Assembly: GCA_963772835.1 (NCBI GenBank)
Contig: CAVYYZ010000002.1
Span: forward strand, 416,001-480,000
Direction: 5' to 3'
DNA length: 64,000 nucleotides
Origin: an uncultured delta proteobacterium
GTDB lineage: Bacteria; Desulfobacterota; Desulfuromonadia; Geobacterales; Pseudopelobacteraceae
This document shows positions 48,003 to 57,725 of this stretch, piece by piece (the stretch's first letter is position 1; each line of letters opens with the position of its first letter). The notes beneath the pieces were generated by a model. The model ran no database searches. It was not told the origin of the DNA and saw nothing but the letters and a program-made list of their open reading frames with translations. The translations under genes and the position numbers were made by a program.

Positions 48003-49295
48003 ATGAGAAAAAAAATGATCCTCACACTTGCAGTAACCTTGATTGTTTCGACAACTGCCGCTTTCGGAGCAGTAAAGGAGAGCAGCTTTACGGTAACCCC
48101 GCTGATCGGTGGCTATGTTTTTGACGACGGCGAACCTCTTGGCACCTCGTTTTTAATGGGACTACGGGCCGGGTACAATTTTACCAAACATATCGGTATC
48201 GAAGCTGTGTATGACTACGCTACTCCCAAAGACGGCAAATCAGCATCGCTGGCCGATCTTTCAGTGAACCGTTTCGGCGGCCAGGTGCTGTACCACTTTT
48301 TTCCGGATAACGTCTTTGTTCCGTATCTGGCCGCCGGCTACTCGGGATTACATTATGGCGGCACCGGCTACGACAACAAAACCCACGGCGCCTTCGATTA
48401 CGGGGTGGGTGCCAAATATTTTATGACCGACGACATTGCCCTTCGGGGTGACCTCCGCCACATTATGTCACGATATCCTGCAGGACAGACAAACGATGAT
48501 TTTGAGTTTACGCTGGGAGCGTATTTCCAGTTCGGCGGAACGAAGCCGGCAATGAAAGCTGTTGCCCCGACCCCGGCGCCTGAACCTGTTCAGGCGGTTG
48601 CACCACCGGCACCGGCACCGGTTCAGGCCGTTGTCGCTCCAGTTGTTGTCCCTCCGGCGGATTCCGATGGTGACGGCGTAATTGACACGCTCGACAAATG
48701 CCCCGGGACACCGGCAGGTGTTGCCGTTGACGGCGATGGCTGCCCGCTTGACACCGATAAAGACGGTGTTGTCGATTACCTTGATAAATGCCCGAATACC
48801 CCTGTTGGTGTGCGAGTTGACGTCAAAGGGTGCCCGCTTGATTCAGATAACGATGGCGTTGCCGATTATCTCGACAAATGTCCCGGGACACCGGCCGGAG
48901 TCACTGTTGATGCAAAAGGATGCCCCGTAGAAGTCGCCAAAAAATTCTGCGACAAACCGGCTGTGATTGCTGTTTCATTTGACACCAACAAAGCAGACAT
49001 CAAAGCCAGATACCACGTTGAACTTGATACGTTAGGCAATTTCCTGAAAGAGTTCCCCAACTCAAAAGGAACCATTGAAGGACATACCGATGCTGATGGA
49101 AGTAAGGCCGCAAACCTGAAATTATCACAGAACCGTGCAGACAGCGTACGGAACTACATCATCACGAAATTCGGCATCGAAGCCAGTCGGCTTTCAGCCA
49201 AAGGATATGGCTCAGCCAAACCGGTAGCATCAAATAAAACCGCTGCCGGGAAAACAAAAAATCGCCGGATAGAAGCGATTTTCAGTTGCGAATAA
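48003..49295 (+). CDS. OmpA family protein (beta-barrel, thrombospondin-3-like Ca repeats, OmpA C-terminal domain)
   Basis: Signal peptide; three DxDxDGVxDxLDKCPxTP repeats; EGHTD, LSQNRA, NRRIE. Confidence 0.9.
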   Translation: MRKKMILTLAVTLIVSTTAAFGAVKESSFTVTPLIGGYVFDDGEPLGTSFLMGLRAGYNFTKHIGIEAVYDYATPKDGKSASLADLSVNRFGGQVLYHFFPDNVFVPYLAAGYSGLHYGGTGYDNKTHGAFDYGVGAKYFMTDDIALRGDLRHIMSRYPAGQTNDDFEFTLGAYFQFGGTKPAMKAVAPTPAPEPVQAVAPPAPAPVQAVVAPVVVPPADSDGDGVIDTLDKCPGTPAGVAVDGDGCPLDTDKDGVVDYLDKCPNTPVGVRVDVKGCPLDSDNDGVADYLDKCPGTPAGVTVDAKGCPVEVAKKFCDKPAVIAVSFDTNKADIKARYHVELDTLGNFLKEFPNSKGTIEGHTDADGSKAANLKLSQNRADSVRNYIITKFGIEASRLSAKGYGSAKPVASNKTAAGKTKNRRIEAIFSCE

Positions 49296-49317
49296 TAATA
49301 CAGTACTGATGGCAAAC

Positions 49318-49357
49318 AAAGAGGGCCCTTCCTGCGAAATCCGGAAGGGCCCTCTTT
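49318..49357. terminator. Bidirectional intrinsic terminator
   Basis: aaagagggcccttcc / ggaagggccctcttt between convergent genes. Confidence 0.8.
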
Positions 49358-49378
49358 TGTATGACGGCGCAGTGAAAC

Positions 49379-49723
49379 TTATTTTTTACGGCGGTCCTGC
49401 AGTGATATCACCTTGGGGGCCCCACCTTCCTGGCGAACCTTCTGCAGGCGCTCTTTCTCAGTTTTTTCATTCTCGACCCGTTCCAATTCAACCGGAGACT
49501 CGATCTCCTCCAAACGAAGCGGCGTGCCACCCATGGTGAAATCCGCTCCTTCAATCTGATTATCATCAAGAATCCAGGTAAAAACCTGCATCGGAAACGT
49601 AAGTACCAGCAATTTGACCTGCCACCAGCCAGGCTTGACGTCAGGGAGTATTTCCTCAACACGGGCGTAGAAACCCGGCTTATTGTCTACGTGAATAAGT
49701 ACCAGATCATGAATTGTCGCCAT
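49379..49723 (-). CDS. Hypothetical protein
   Basis: Clean ORF with an RBS-like AAGG; PDVKPGWWQV...WILD...FTMGG. Confidence 0.7.
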   Translation of the reverse strand: MATIHDLVLIHVDNKPGFYARVEEILPDVKPGWWQVKLLVLTFPMQVFTWILDDNQIEGADFTMGGTPLRLEEIESPVELERVENEKTEKERLQKVRQEGGAPKVISLQDRRKK

Positions 49724-49768
49724 TAATAGATGCCTTCATATCGTTAATTTTAGTTTGTTATCATCATC

Positions 49769-50272
49769 TTATTTTTCCGCCCAAAGCAGCAGCGGAGTTT
49801 CCATCTTCTCACCGGTCAATGCCGAAGCATCGAGGATAATTCCTCTCAGCACCTGCTCCAGGCCCGCAAGAAGCAATCTGGTCTCTGGAGACAGTTTTTG
49901 ATCAATAATACTGCAGATGAACAATATGCAGTCAGAAGGCCGCAATCCCGGCTCCATCGTACATCCGGCTTCACTTCCGTACGGACAGAGCGGTTTTTGA
50001 GAAAAATCTGCCTCCGTCGGCATTTCTGCCGAGATGCGGGCAAGGGTATCAAGCACACTGATCCGGTATTTTCCATTCTGACAACATTGTCCTCTACAGT
50101 CATTGCAGACCGAAGCAGCATCAACCTCTGCGACAACAGCGGCAAGGGCTTCCTTCGTCTTCCGATAGCGGGCCAGCAGCTCCGTTAACTCTGGTCTGTC
50201 TTTATCTGAAAGAGCAGCGAACAGAATATTGAGCTTCTCAGTACCGATATTCCACAGTTGATAATCGTCCAC
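49769..50272 (-). CDS. Cys-cluster protein (YkgJ/Fe-S-binding-like)
   Basis: CNDCRGQCC...LCPY...GC...RPSDCILFIC. Confidence 0.65.
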   Translation of the reverse strand: MDDYQLWNIGTEKLNILFAALSDKDRPELTELLARYRKTKEALAAVVAEVDAASVCNDCRGQCCQNGKYRISVLDTLARISAEMPTEADFSQKPLCPYGSEAGCTMEPGLRPSDCILFICSIIDQKLSPETRLLLAGLEQVLRGIILDASALTGEKMETPLLLWAEK

Positions 50273-50314
50273 ATAATTCCTGAAATACTCTTCCGGTGTT
50301 GATGTAGTATTGGT

Positions 50315-50680
50315 TGAAGCAGTCCGTAAGCCGGGTTCTGTTCCCGGGTCGGGTTACCCCTCCCCGGGCGATGGTCATTCATCTGGGTATGCCGTTACCG
50401 ACACCCTCAAGCAACCAACCCGGAGGCACGGGCGGGCCGCCCTTAACGCCTCCCTATTTGGTCTTGCTCCCGACGGGGTTTACCTGGCATCCGGCGTCAC
50501 CGCCGGACCCGGTGAGCTCTTACCTCACCCTTTCACCCTTACCTGCCGAAACAGGCGGACTTCTCTCTGTGGCACTTATCCCTGGGGTCACCCCCGCTGG
50601 ACGTTATCCAGCGTCGTACCCTATGGAGCCCGGACTTTCCTCCACCGGATAAACCGGCAGCGACCATCTGGACTACTCCA
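50315..50680 (-). ncRNA. rnpB: RNase P RNA (type A)
   Basis: Minus strand contains GAGGAAAGUCCGGGCUCC, GGGAGCAAGACCAAAUAGGG and ACAGAACCCGGCUUA; 5' and 3' ends pair (P1). Confidence 0.95.
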
Positions 50681-50749
50681 ACCAAATCAGCGGCACTGCA
50701 AAACTACAATCGCTCGGTTTCTACAGTGCCATATTCAAACATGGCCCTA

Positions 50750-51481
50750 CTACTGCTGCAGCTTGAGAATCAGAATCCTCTGACAATGAGGACAGGCCAG
50801 CAACTCCTCATACTTGTACAGATTGTTATACAACTGCGGCGGCAGATGCATATTGCATCCCATACAATAGCCGTCACGTGCAACAGCAAGAGCCAGACCG
50901 CGGCGCTGTTCGCGGAGTATGGTAAACTTCTTCACCAGACTGGCGGGCAACCCTTTGGTCACGCTTTCCCGGCGCTCAACATCCGCATCTATATCCGCCT
51001 GGACCTTATCAATTTCGGACTGTTTCGCCAGGACCCGCTGAGCTGAATTCTCGGCAAGCTCGTCACACTGGATCTTTTTAGCCGCAAGCGCGCCGGAAAG
51101 TTCTTCTATCTGACTGATCTTCTGCAGCAGTTGATCCTCAAGATCAGTTACCTGTTTACGGGCAGCGGTAATTTCACGACCCACCGCCTGAAACTCTTTA
51201 TTGGTCTTGATTTCTTTCATATTCGTTTCGGACCTGACGATGTTCTCCAACTCCGCTGCGTGAGTAGCCTCAAGACCACTCTTTTCCATCTCCAGTTGAG
51301 TCAGGCCGGCTTCAAGGCCGACAACCTCTTCCCGGACAGCATCCACACCCTGATTAATTCCACTTAGTTCAGCCTGTAATCCGCTCTGAGCGGCCTTAAG
51401 AGCATCGATCTGCTGATCGACCTCCTGCAACTCTTCCAGCATGTCCAGTTTCTTTTTCAAATTAATTCCCCTTTGCAGCAA
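50750..51481 (-). CDS. Coiled-coil C4 zinc-ribbon protein (CT398/DUF164-like)
   Basis: Long coiled coil, CMGCNM...CPHCQRIL. Confidence 0.9.
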   Translation of the reverse strand: MLQRGINLKKKLDMLEELQEVDQQIDALKAAQSGLQAELSGINQGVDAVREEVVGLEAGLTQLEMEKSGLEATHAAELENIVRSETNMKEIKTNKEFQAVGREITAARKQVTDLEDQLLQKISQIEELSGALAAKKIQCDELAENSAQRVLAKQSEIDKVQADIDADVERRESVTKGLPASLVKKFTILREQRRGLALAVARDGYCMGCNMHLPPQLYNNLYKYEELLACPHCQRILILKLQQ

Positions 51482-51502
51482 ATTAGTACTGATTATTCCC
51501 GG

Positions 51503-52621
51503 CTATATTCGAAACGGATCCGTTTCCGTTCGGCACGATTCTATATGACAATCCGCATATCCAGCGGCACTAAGCGCGAGACCCAGTCGTTCCGTTATTT
51601 CATGCACCATGATTATTTCCGTAGGGAAATGGCCGGCATCGATCAGAGTCAGACCAAGATCCTCTGCGTCACGCGCTTCGTGATATTTTATATCGCCGGT
51701 CACCAGCACGTCTGCTCCCGATCGGGCTGCATCGCGCAGCAGAGATGCTCCGCTGCCACTGCAGAGCGCCACCTTTGAAATCCTGGCGGACGGGTCACCC
51801 ACATAACGCAGCGCTGGAGACGAAAGGATTTCTCTAAGCCGGGCGGCGTACACCCCAAGCGAAGTCGCTTCCGGTAGACGTCCGATTCTACCGAGCCCAA
51901 GCGTCTCACCCTCATTCAGCAGGTGGTAGACATCAAAGGCAGGAGACTCGTAAGGATGCACAGCCAACAACGCCTTCACGGCTCGCGGCAACTCTGTGCG
52001 CTGTATCAGAAGTTCCAGTCGTTCTTCATCCACTGCAGCCTGTATCCCGACCGACCCTGCAAACGGCACCGCTCCGTCAAGCGGAGTAAATGTCCCGACA
52101 CCGCCGGCGGTAAAGGAACAATCCTGATACTTCCCCTGAGATGCTGTGAAGGGTAACAGAACAGACCGCACCTTCTCAATATGGTCAACCGGGACGAACA
52201 CAACAAGTTTAACCAGTTCGCGGGTTGTCGTCACTTTGAGCGGAACAGAGCTGGAAAGGCCTATTTTACCGGCGAGCAGATCATTAAGTCCACCCGTGGC
52301 AATGTCATAGTTGGTATGCAGAGAAACGATCGACAGCCCCCCTCTAATTGCCTTTTGTATGGAGGCGCCGTGCGGGTTTCCTGCTGAAATAGACATGAGT
52401 GGCTTGAAAATAAGGGGGTGGTGGGTGACGAGCAACTGGCAGGAAGCTTTGATTGCGGAATCAATCACATCGGGTGTTGGATCAAGGGCAACCCAGATAC
52501 TGTTCACTTCTGCAGAAGGGTCACCGATCTGAAGACCAGGATTGTCCCACGCTTCCGCCAATTGCACCGGAGCTATTTTGTTAATGATTCCAACTATGTC
52601 TGCCGTTTTAGGAATTTTCAT
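51503..52621 (-). CDS. Nif3-like dinuclear metal centre protein
   Basis: WDNPGLQIG, THHPLIF, HTNYD, HPYE, GDIKYH, DAGHFPTE. Confidence 0.93.
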   Translation of the reverse strand: MKIPKTADIVGIINKIAPVQLAEAWDNPGLQIGDPSAEVNSIWVALDPTPDVIDSAIKASCQLLVTHHPLIFKPLMSISAGNPHGASIQKAIRGGLSIVSLHTNYDIATGGLNDLLAGKIGLSSSVPLKVTTTRELVKLVVFVPVDHIEKVRSVLLPFTASQGKYQDCSFTAGGVGTFTPLDGAVPFAGSVGIQAAVDEERLELLIQRTELPRAVKALLAVHPYESPAFDVYHLLNEGETLGLGRIGRLPEATSLGVYAARLREILSSPALRYVGDPSARISKVALCSGSGASLLRDAARSGADVLVTGDIKYHEARDAEDLGLTLIDAGHFPTEIIMVHEITERLGLALSAAGYADCHIESCRTETDPFRI

Positions 52622-52632
52622 CGGTGGAAATT

Positions 52633-52663
52633 AAAAAGAGTGCAACCTTGCGGTGTGCACTCT
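52633..52663 (-). terminator. Terminator downstream of the tRNA
   Basis: Minus strand agagtgca / tgcactct followed by tttt. Confidence 0.55.
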
Positions 52664-52737
52664 CGTGATGAGGTATGATAACGGGGCGTTCCCAAATATC
52701 TGGCCGGCATCCGGCGTTTATCCCTCGATGTATGAAA

Positions 52738-52814
52738 TGGTGGGCCCACCAGGACTCGAACCTGGGACCAACCGGTTATGAGCCGGTGGCTCTAGCCAAC
52801 TGAGCTATAGGCCC
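52738..52814 (-). tRNA. tRNA with CAT anticodon, probably tRNA-Ile2 (lysidine) rather than Met
   Basis: GGGCCTATAGCTCAGTTGGCTAGAGC CACCGG CT CAT AA CCGGTTG GTCCCAGGTTCGAGTCCTGGTGGGCCCACCA; encoded CCA; lacks initiator features. Confidence 0.92.
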
Positions 52815-52870
52815 GTAGGGGAGTTGCATAATAGAGGAGGCGCACACCCCTGTCAAGTAATTTTCAGCAG

Positions 52871-53434
52871 TTATGCCCGGGAGAGAAAGCGACTGTCCCG
52901 GGTATCAACTTTCACTTTTTCGCCGGATTCAAGATACGGAGGCACCCTTATCTTCAATCCGGTCTCCAGGATAGCCTCTTTTGTTTCGGCCGTTGCGGTA
53001 GCGTTTTTCATGACCGGCGGCGTTTCCGTCACCGTCAGTTCAACCGTCATCGGCAAATCAACGTTTACCATGCGCCCTTCAAACAACCCCAAAACGACTT
53101 CCGTACCGTCAAGCAGAAACATCGAAAGCGGTTCAAACTCTTCAGCCGGCATCTCGAACTGTTCATAATTTTCAAGATCCATAAAGACCCCGTTACCGCC
53201 ATCGGCGTACAGGAACTGCCCTTTATGGCGTTCGAAATCGGCCTCATCCACCTTGTCGCCCGAGCGGAACGTTTTCTCCAATACCTGACCGGTGATCAGG
53301 TTGCGGTATTTGGTCTTTACCATTGTGTTGGCACCACGCGCTGTGGGAGAGCTGATGTTGATATCGGTGATCAGGCAGGGTGCGCCGTCCAACTGGATGA
53401 CGAGCCCTTTTTTAAAGTCGGACGTAGAAAACAT
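52871..53434 (-). CDS. efpL: Elongation factor P paralogue (EfpL/YeiP-like)
   Basis: EF-P three-domain pattern (FMDLENYEQ, LETG...VPPY...VDTR); loop SPTARGAN instead of PGKG. Confidence 0.8.
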   Translation of the reverse strand: MFSTSDFKKGLVIQLDGAPCLITDINISSPTARGANTMVKTKYRNLITGQVLEKTFRSGDKVDEADFERHKGQFLYADGGNGVFMDLENYEQFEMPAEEFEPLSMFLLDGTEVVLGLFEGRMVNVDLPMTVELTVTETPPVMKNATATAETKEAILETGLKIRVPPYLESGEKVKVDTRDSRFLSRA

Positions 53435-53538
53435 GCTGATAATTCTCCTTATTTATTTGAATCTTTATAAATTAAAAATCGATCAATTAAACAGGGATGA
53501 AGGGGATACAGGGGATAAAAACATTTTTTTGAGTTCTG

Positions 53539-53970
53539 CTATTTCTTCCGATATTCTGCCGTCGGCCAGAACGGAATGCCTCCACGCGGTGTAAACTCGC
53601 CTCGCACCGTCAGTCGGATCGGATCAAGCAGCGTTACCAGATCGTTGCAGATACGGTTGACTCCTGCTTCGTGAAATTCGCCATGCATCCGGAACGAGCC
53701 AAGATACAGCTTCAAACTCTTGCTCTCGACACAAAGCAGGTCCGGCTGATAATCAATGACAATTTTCCCGAAATCAGGCTGGCCGGTCATCGGGCAGAGG
53801 CAGGTAAATTCTGGGCATTCAATATGCAAAGTCCCGACAGCACCGGCCGGGTTTAACTCTACGCGCGAAAAAGGGCTTGGAAACGCTTCCAGCAACCCGG
53901 AATCCGGTCTGTCATAATTATAGGTGGTGGCACCGGAGCCGAGGGATTTCAGTTGATCGTGCAATTTCAT
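53539..53970 (-). CDS. queF: PreQ0 reductase (unimodular)
   Basis: PEFTCLCPMTGQPDF, VESKSLKLYL, FHE, FTPRGGI. Confidence 0.95.
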   Translation of the reverse strand: MKLHDQLKSLGSGATTYNYDRPDSGLLEAFPSPFSRVELNPAGAVGTLHIECPEFTCLCPMTGQPDFGKIVIDYQPDLLCVESKSLKLYLGSFRMHGEFHEAGVNRICNDLVTLLDPIRLTVRGEFTPRGGIPFWPTAEYRKK

Positions 53971-54215
53971 TCAGTCACTTCCCGGGTAATATTTACAGCA
54001 AAGACGATGATAACATGCCAACGACGTGAACAGCGGACAATCGTTCTCATGCACAGTCACCACCCACAGGGAGTAACCAGCGCAACTTCGACTGTCTCAA
54101 CGGGGAATTTGCCGATGACAACTGGAGGGGCAAGGCTAATCCGGACATGGTGACAGCGGGAGTTCCCGTGTTAATTCAGCTTATCCGCATTTCAGCCCCA
54201 CCAGTGATTGACCCG

Positions 54216-54461
54216 CTATATCCAGGCATCGCCGCCATCGTACTCGTATTCAGCTCCTTTGGTTCTGGGGGTGACTTTGAACTTGGCTTCGCGGGCAAGC
54301 CGCCTCATGCGCTCGGCAGCGGTTTCACTCAGGCCGGTAAGCTTACCGCGCATTTCGCGGCCCGGCGCGGGGGCGAGCAGCAGGGCGGCGGCGACACCGA
54401 TTACGGCACCGGAAACAAAGGCTATTACAGCAGCAGCGGCACTATCATTGTTGGTTGACAT
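54216..54461 (-). CDS. YtxH domain protein
   Basis: FVSGAVIGVAAALLLAPAPGREMR; AGGAG RBS. Confidence 0.85.
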   Translation of the reverse strand: MSTNNDSAAAAVIAFVSGAVIGVAAALLLAPAPGREMRGKLTGLSETAAERMRRLAREAKFKVTPRTKGAEYEYDGGDAWI

Positions 54462-54550
54462 GTCAGACTCCTTTTACTAGTGGCATCGAAATTAAATCTG
54501 AAGGCAGTTCCGTTTCTAGCACAACAACTGACCGATATAAAAGTAAAATG

Positions 54551-57526
54551 TTACAGCACCCTGGCCAGATGGCGACGGATCATATCTTCAAAATCGGCAT
54601 CACTGTTTCCACTGTAGATAAGCGATGAGCCTATCTCAGCCGCCAGAATCGCACAAAGATATTTTTGCGGGAGCCTACTGACTCTCTGCCGGTACAAGGC
54701 TGTTTCACGCAGCATGCGCGGCAGGTGACTCATGACAGCCTCACGGAAGGGGGGGGTCAGACAAAGCTCTGGCCTGAGCGAGAAGAAGTCAAAGAGCCTC
54801 GTGTAAAGGTTATTTATGTTATGGCTGATAGTTTCGGAAATTTCACTATAAAGCTGGGTTCCATCAGCTTCTTTATGACGCTGAATGATCAAACGCGCCT
54901 CGTCGGCTGCCCGTTTCTCCAGAATAGCCAGGACATCACCGGCATAACGCTCCTTATGTTCCATAAATTCTCGTTCGGATAACAGCAGGTTGGCAATAAT
55001 CTCGTACGATGAGGAGATTACTCCGCATTTGTTGGCAGAGGCGTCGCGCATCAGCGTAACACCACTCTCCTGTAGCCTGATCCGGGCTTCAGGGGTGATG
55101 AAGGAGTTGGCACCTTCTATGATGACCCCTGAAGAAGGAACTCCACTCTCACCAAGAAACAACTGCCAGTTCTGAGCATCAATTGTCTCCGGTCGCCCCC
55201 CGGCCGGAATGAACAAATCTGCCTGGACGGTAAAAACAAGGCTGTTGTAAAGGCGATTGAAGTCATCTATATCCAGCCACTCCTCAACAAGTCCTTCAGC
55301 AGTACGCATGACCTTCCGATGCGATTCCTTCAGCCCTTCCATGCGCCGGCCGGTCCGGTAAATAATATAGCCATCCATTCCCAGAAAAAATGGATTAAAG
55401 GCGTCAAGGTCTGACACGAGCGCTATGCGACGTAATTCGTCGTGACGAATGCCGTTCGGATCATAGAGAGCAGCTGTTCCGTCCAAAATCAGGCGGGCTT
55501 GCATTCCGGGGCACCGTTCAAGCATGATTCGCAGACAATTGCCTGCGACGTCACCATTTGGCCCCCCGGTCATCTTGAGTGAAAACGGATCCCGACGGAT
55601 GTTGATTCCTGCCGCTTCAGCCATCGTAATTTCAGCAAAAGTAACCACACCGGTCGAAGTAACACCGTATTCTTTGTGGTTGATTCCAAAACGCTTGCTG
55701 GACATGATGCCGACACCCAGGATATAGCCCCGTTTTTTTGACAGAGATGCTATCGCCTCGATCATGCCGTCGTGCATGTTCTCATCAGGACCGATTTCGA
55801 TCGGTTCGTCATCGCGGTAGTAGTCGACAACACGACGGTCTCTGGCTATTCCGTTTTCGGTGATAAAAATATCGAGAAAAGCGTTTGCGATGCCATATTG
55901 AAGCTTGTAGAGGCGGAAGTTTTCCGCTTCACTCCCTGCCTGTTCCATATCAGAGGCATCCAGCACGACCGCCAGCTTTGAGCCCCCCTCATATATGTCC
56001 TTGTTCTTCAACTGCTGGGTATGTGCAAGAACATATACTTCGCGAAAGATGGTGTTGGCCGAGGTTATAAAGTCATCGGCGCTGCGGGCTATTACAGTGC
56101 GCCAGCCACCGCGGGCAATATCCGAAAAGCCGACATGATAACCGGCGCCGAAACGGCTGAAAAAAAACGTAACCCGGAAGGGGAGCGTTTCCGGGAGGTC
56201 TGCGGTAAATTCACGTCCCAAAAGCCGCAGATACCCCGGATCGAGCCGGAAAGCCAGCGCCTGTTTTTCGGCCACGAAAAAGTTCGTTTTGAGGGTATGG
56301 GTGATCAGCAACAGGCAGCAGCGATAGACTGCCCGGCGGATATCATCCAGCCAGCGATGACCGGTGTTGTACCCTTCAACAGCAGCCTGCACTTCGGCCA
56401 GTGCCACAGAGTAAAACGTTTCCCGATCAGCACGCCCAGGATCAAAGCGCAATCGAAAAAGTCGTATAAGAAGCTGAGCCATTTCCGGATGATCATAAAA
56501 TGCACTCTGAACATCCTCAAGCCCGAAACGCTCCGGTTGACCATGTGCCAGACTGGTGTGACAGAAAGAAATGCACGCATTGACCAAAGCAGCATCTTCA
56601 CCGGAGAGGAGTCCTTCAACAACGTACTGGTGGTAGACTTCGGATGAAGTGGACAGTATTTGAGTCGTGCATAATTCGCGCCTCAGATTGTCAGCAAGGG
56701 GGCTATCGGGTGAGATATCCTCTCCCTTCCGGCTGATAACGAGAAAAGAGCCGAGGAAGTAAGGATGAACCCCGTTCGAAATCAGCAGGCAATAGGCCCG
56801 GCGGATGCCAACATCAAGACGATTAAAGACCTCAAGCAGCTGCAGCAGGAAATCTTTCTGCGGCGGGTTACCGACCCCAAACAGGACCCTGGTTTCCGTG
56901 CGTCCGTCACGCTCTACCTGACTGATATTTAGAAACAGCCCGCCCGCTGAGTTAGTACAGTCAAACAGCCAGACGAGGTAGGCGGTCCGTGAGGGTGGCG
57001 ACATCCGGATATAGTTTTCATTATTCAGCCAGAGAATTTTCAGCAGCCTGTCGAGCTTTTTCAAGTCAAAGTCAGGGAAAGACGAGCGGAGTTCTGCGCG
57101 CACCTTTTTCACCAGTGCTGCCGGGATATCAAGCTCGCGAGTGAGGTCGATATCCTTATTGTGGCGGCGGTCAAATTCAAAGCGCTGCACCTCCAGCTCA
57201 TGCTCGATTCCCGGCATATCTGCGTTGGAGTGGGAAAACATGGCATAGGATATCTCGCGTTCGCCTAATTTGCGCAGAGTACCATAGAGGGAGCCGGGAC
57301 GGTTGCCACAGGCAACGACAAGCTGCTTTTCCTGATCGGCGAGAATGAGATGCCGATTGTGTTGCAGGCAACCCATCTCTCTGGCCAACAGTGCCAATGC
57401 ATCCTCTTCATCTGCCATTGCCTGAAAGAAGTAGGAACTCATATGCTCCTGAATCCAGATGGCGTTTTTCTCAGCGGCGATTCGGGAAGCTTGGGCGTTG
57501 CGACGAACCAGTGAAGTCAGGTGCAT
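54551..57526 (-). CDS. NAD-specific glutamate dehydrogenase (large, GdhB-type)
   Basis: FSDIARGGWR, QQLKNKDIYEGGSK, GPDE, GINHKEYGVTS, GGPNGDVAGN, EGAN, DASANKCGV. Confidence 0.9.
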   Translation of the reverse strand: MHLTSLVRRNAQASRIAAEKNAIWIQEHMSSYFFQAMADEEDALALLAREMGCLQHNRHLILADQEKQLVVACGNRPGSLYGTLRKLGEREISYAMFSHSNADMPGIEHELEVQRFEFDRRHNKDIDLTRELDIPAALVKKVRAELRSSFPDFDLKKLDRLLKILWLNNENYIRMSPPSRTAYLVWLFDCTNSAGGLFLNISQVERDGRTETRVLFGVGNPPQKDFLLQLLEVFNRLDVGIRRAYCLLISNGVHPYFLGSFLVISRKGEDISPDSPLADNLRRELCTTQILSTSSEVYHQYVVEGLLSGEDAALVNACISFCHTSLAHGQPERFGLEDVQSAFYDHPEMAQLLIRLFRLRFDPGRADRETFYSVALAEVQAAVEGYNTGHRWLDDIRRAVYRCCLLLITHTLKTNFFVAEKQALAFRLDPGYLRLLGREFTADLPETLPFRVTFFFSRFGAGYHVGFSDIARGGWRTVIARSADDFITSANTIFREVYVLAHTQQLKNKDIYEGGSKLAVVLDASDMEQAGSEAENFRLYKLQYGIANAFLDIFITENGIARDRRVVDYYRDDEPIEIGPDENMHDGMIEAIASLSKKRGYILGVGIMSSKRFGINHKEYGVTSTGVVTFAEITMAEAAGINIRRDPFSLKMTGGPNGDVAGNCLRIMLERCPGMQARLILDGTAALYDPNGIRHDELRRIALVSDLDAFNPFFLGMDGYIIYRTGRRMEGLKESHRKVMRTAEGLVEEWLDIDDFNRLYNSLVFTVQADLFIPAGGRPETIDAQNWQLFLGESGVPSSGVIIEGANSFITPEARIRLQESGVTLMRDASANKCGVISSSYEIIANLLLSEREFMEHKERYAGDVLAILEKRAADEARLIIQRHKEADGTQLYSEISETISHNINNLYTRLFDFFSLRPELCLTPPFREAVMSHLPRMLRETALYRQRVSRLPQKYLCAILAAEIGSSLIYSGNSDADFEDMIRRHLARVL

Positions 57527-57654
57527 GTTGAGTTCTCCCCTGAAAAGATTTCCATATCGCGGATTATAAGCCATATTACGCTTTCAGCAAGTTTTAACTT
57601 TCGATTTTTCTTTCATATCAATTTTACTTTCAGTAAAATCAACCAAAGCTTTTC

Positions 57655-57683
57655 TTGACCGTATACCGTTGAATTGCTATAGT
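57655..57683 (+). promoter_or_regulatory. Putative sigma70 promoter (extended -10)
   Basis: TTGACC, 17-nt spacer, TATAGT preceded by TG. Confidence 0.5.
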
Positions 57684-57725
57684 CGCGCCGCGTTTTTTTA
57701 TTCCACCTGAAAACAGGGTTAAACG

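Noticed and set aside
48655..48925. Roughly 90-bp tandem repeats in ompA
   Set aside because: Explained by the thrombospondin-3-like Ca-binding repeats of the protein
50310..50783. Plus-strand ORFs of 157 and 112 aa
   Set aside because: Antisense to the RNase P RNA gene
52738..52870. tRNA as an integration site for an island
   Set aside because: No integrase and no duplicated tRNA 3' end seen; the flanks are housekeeping genes
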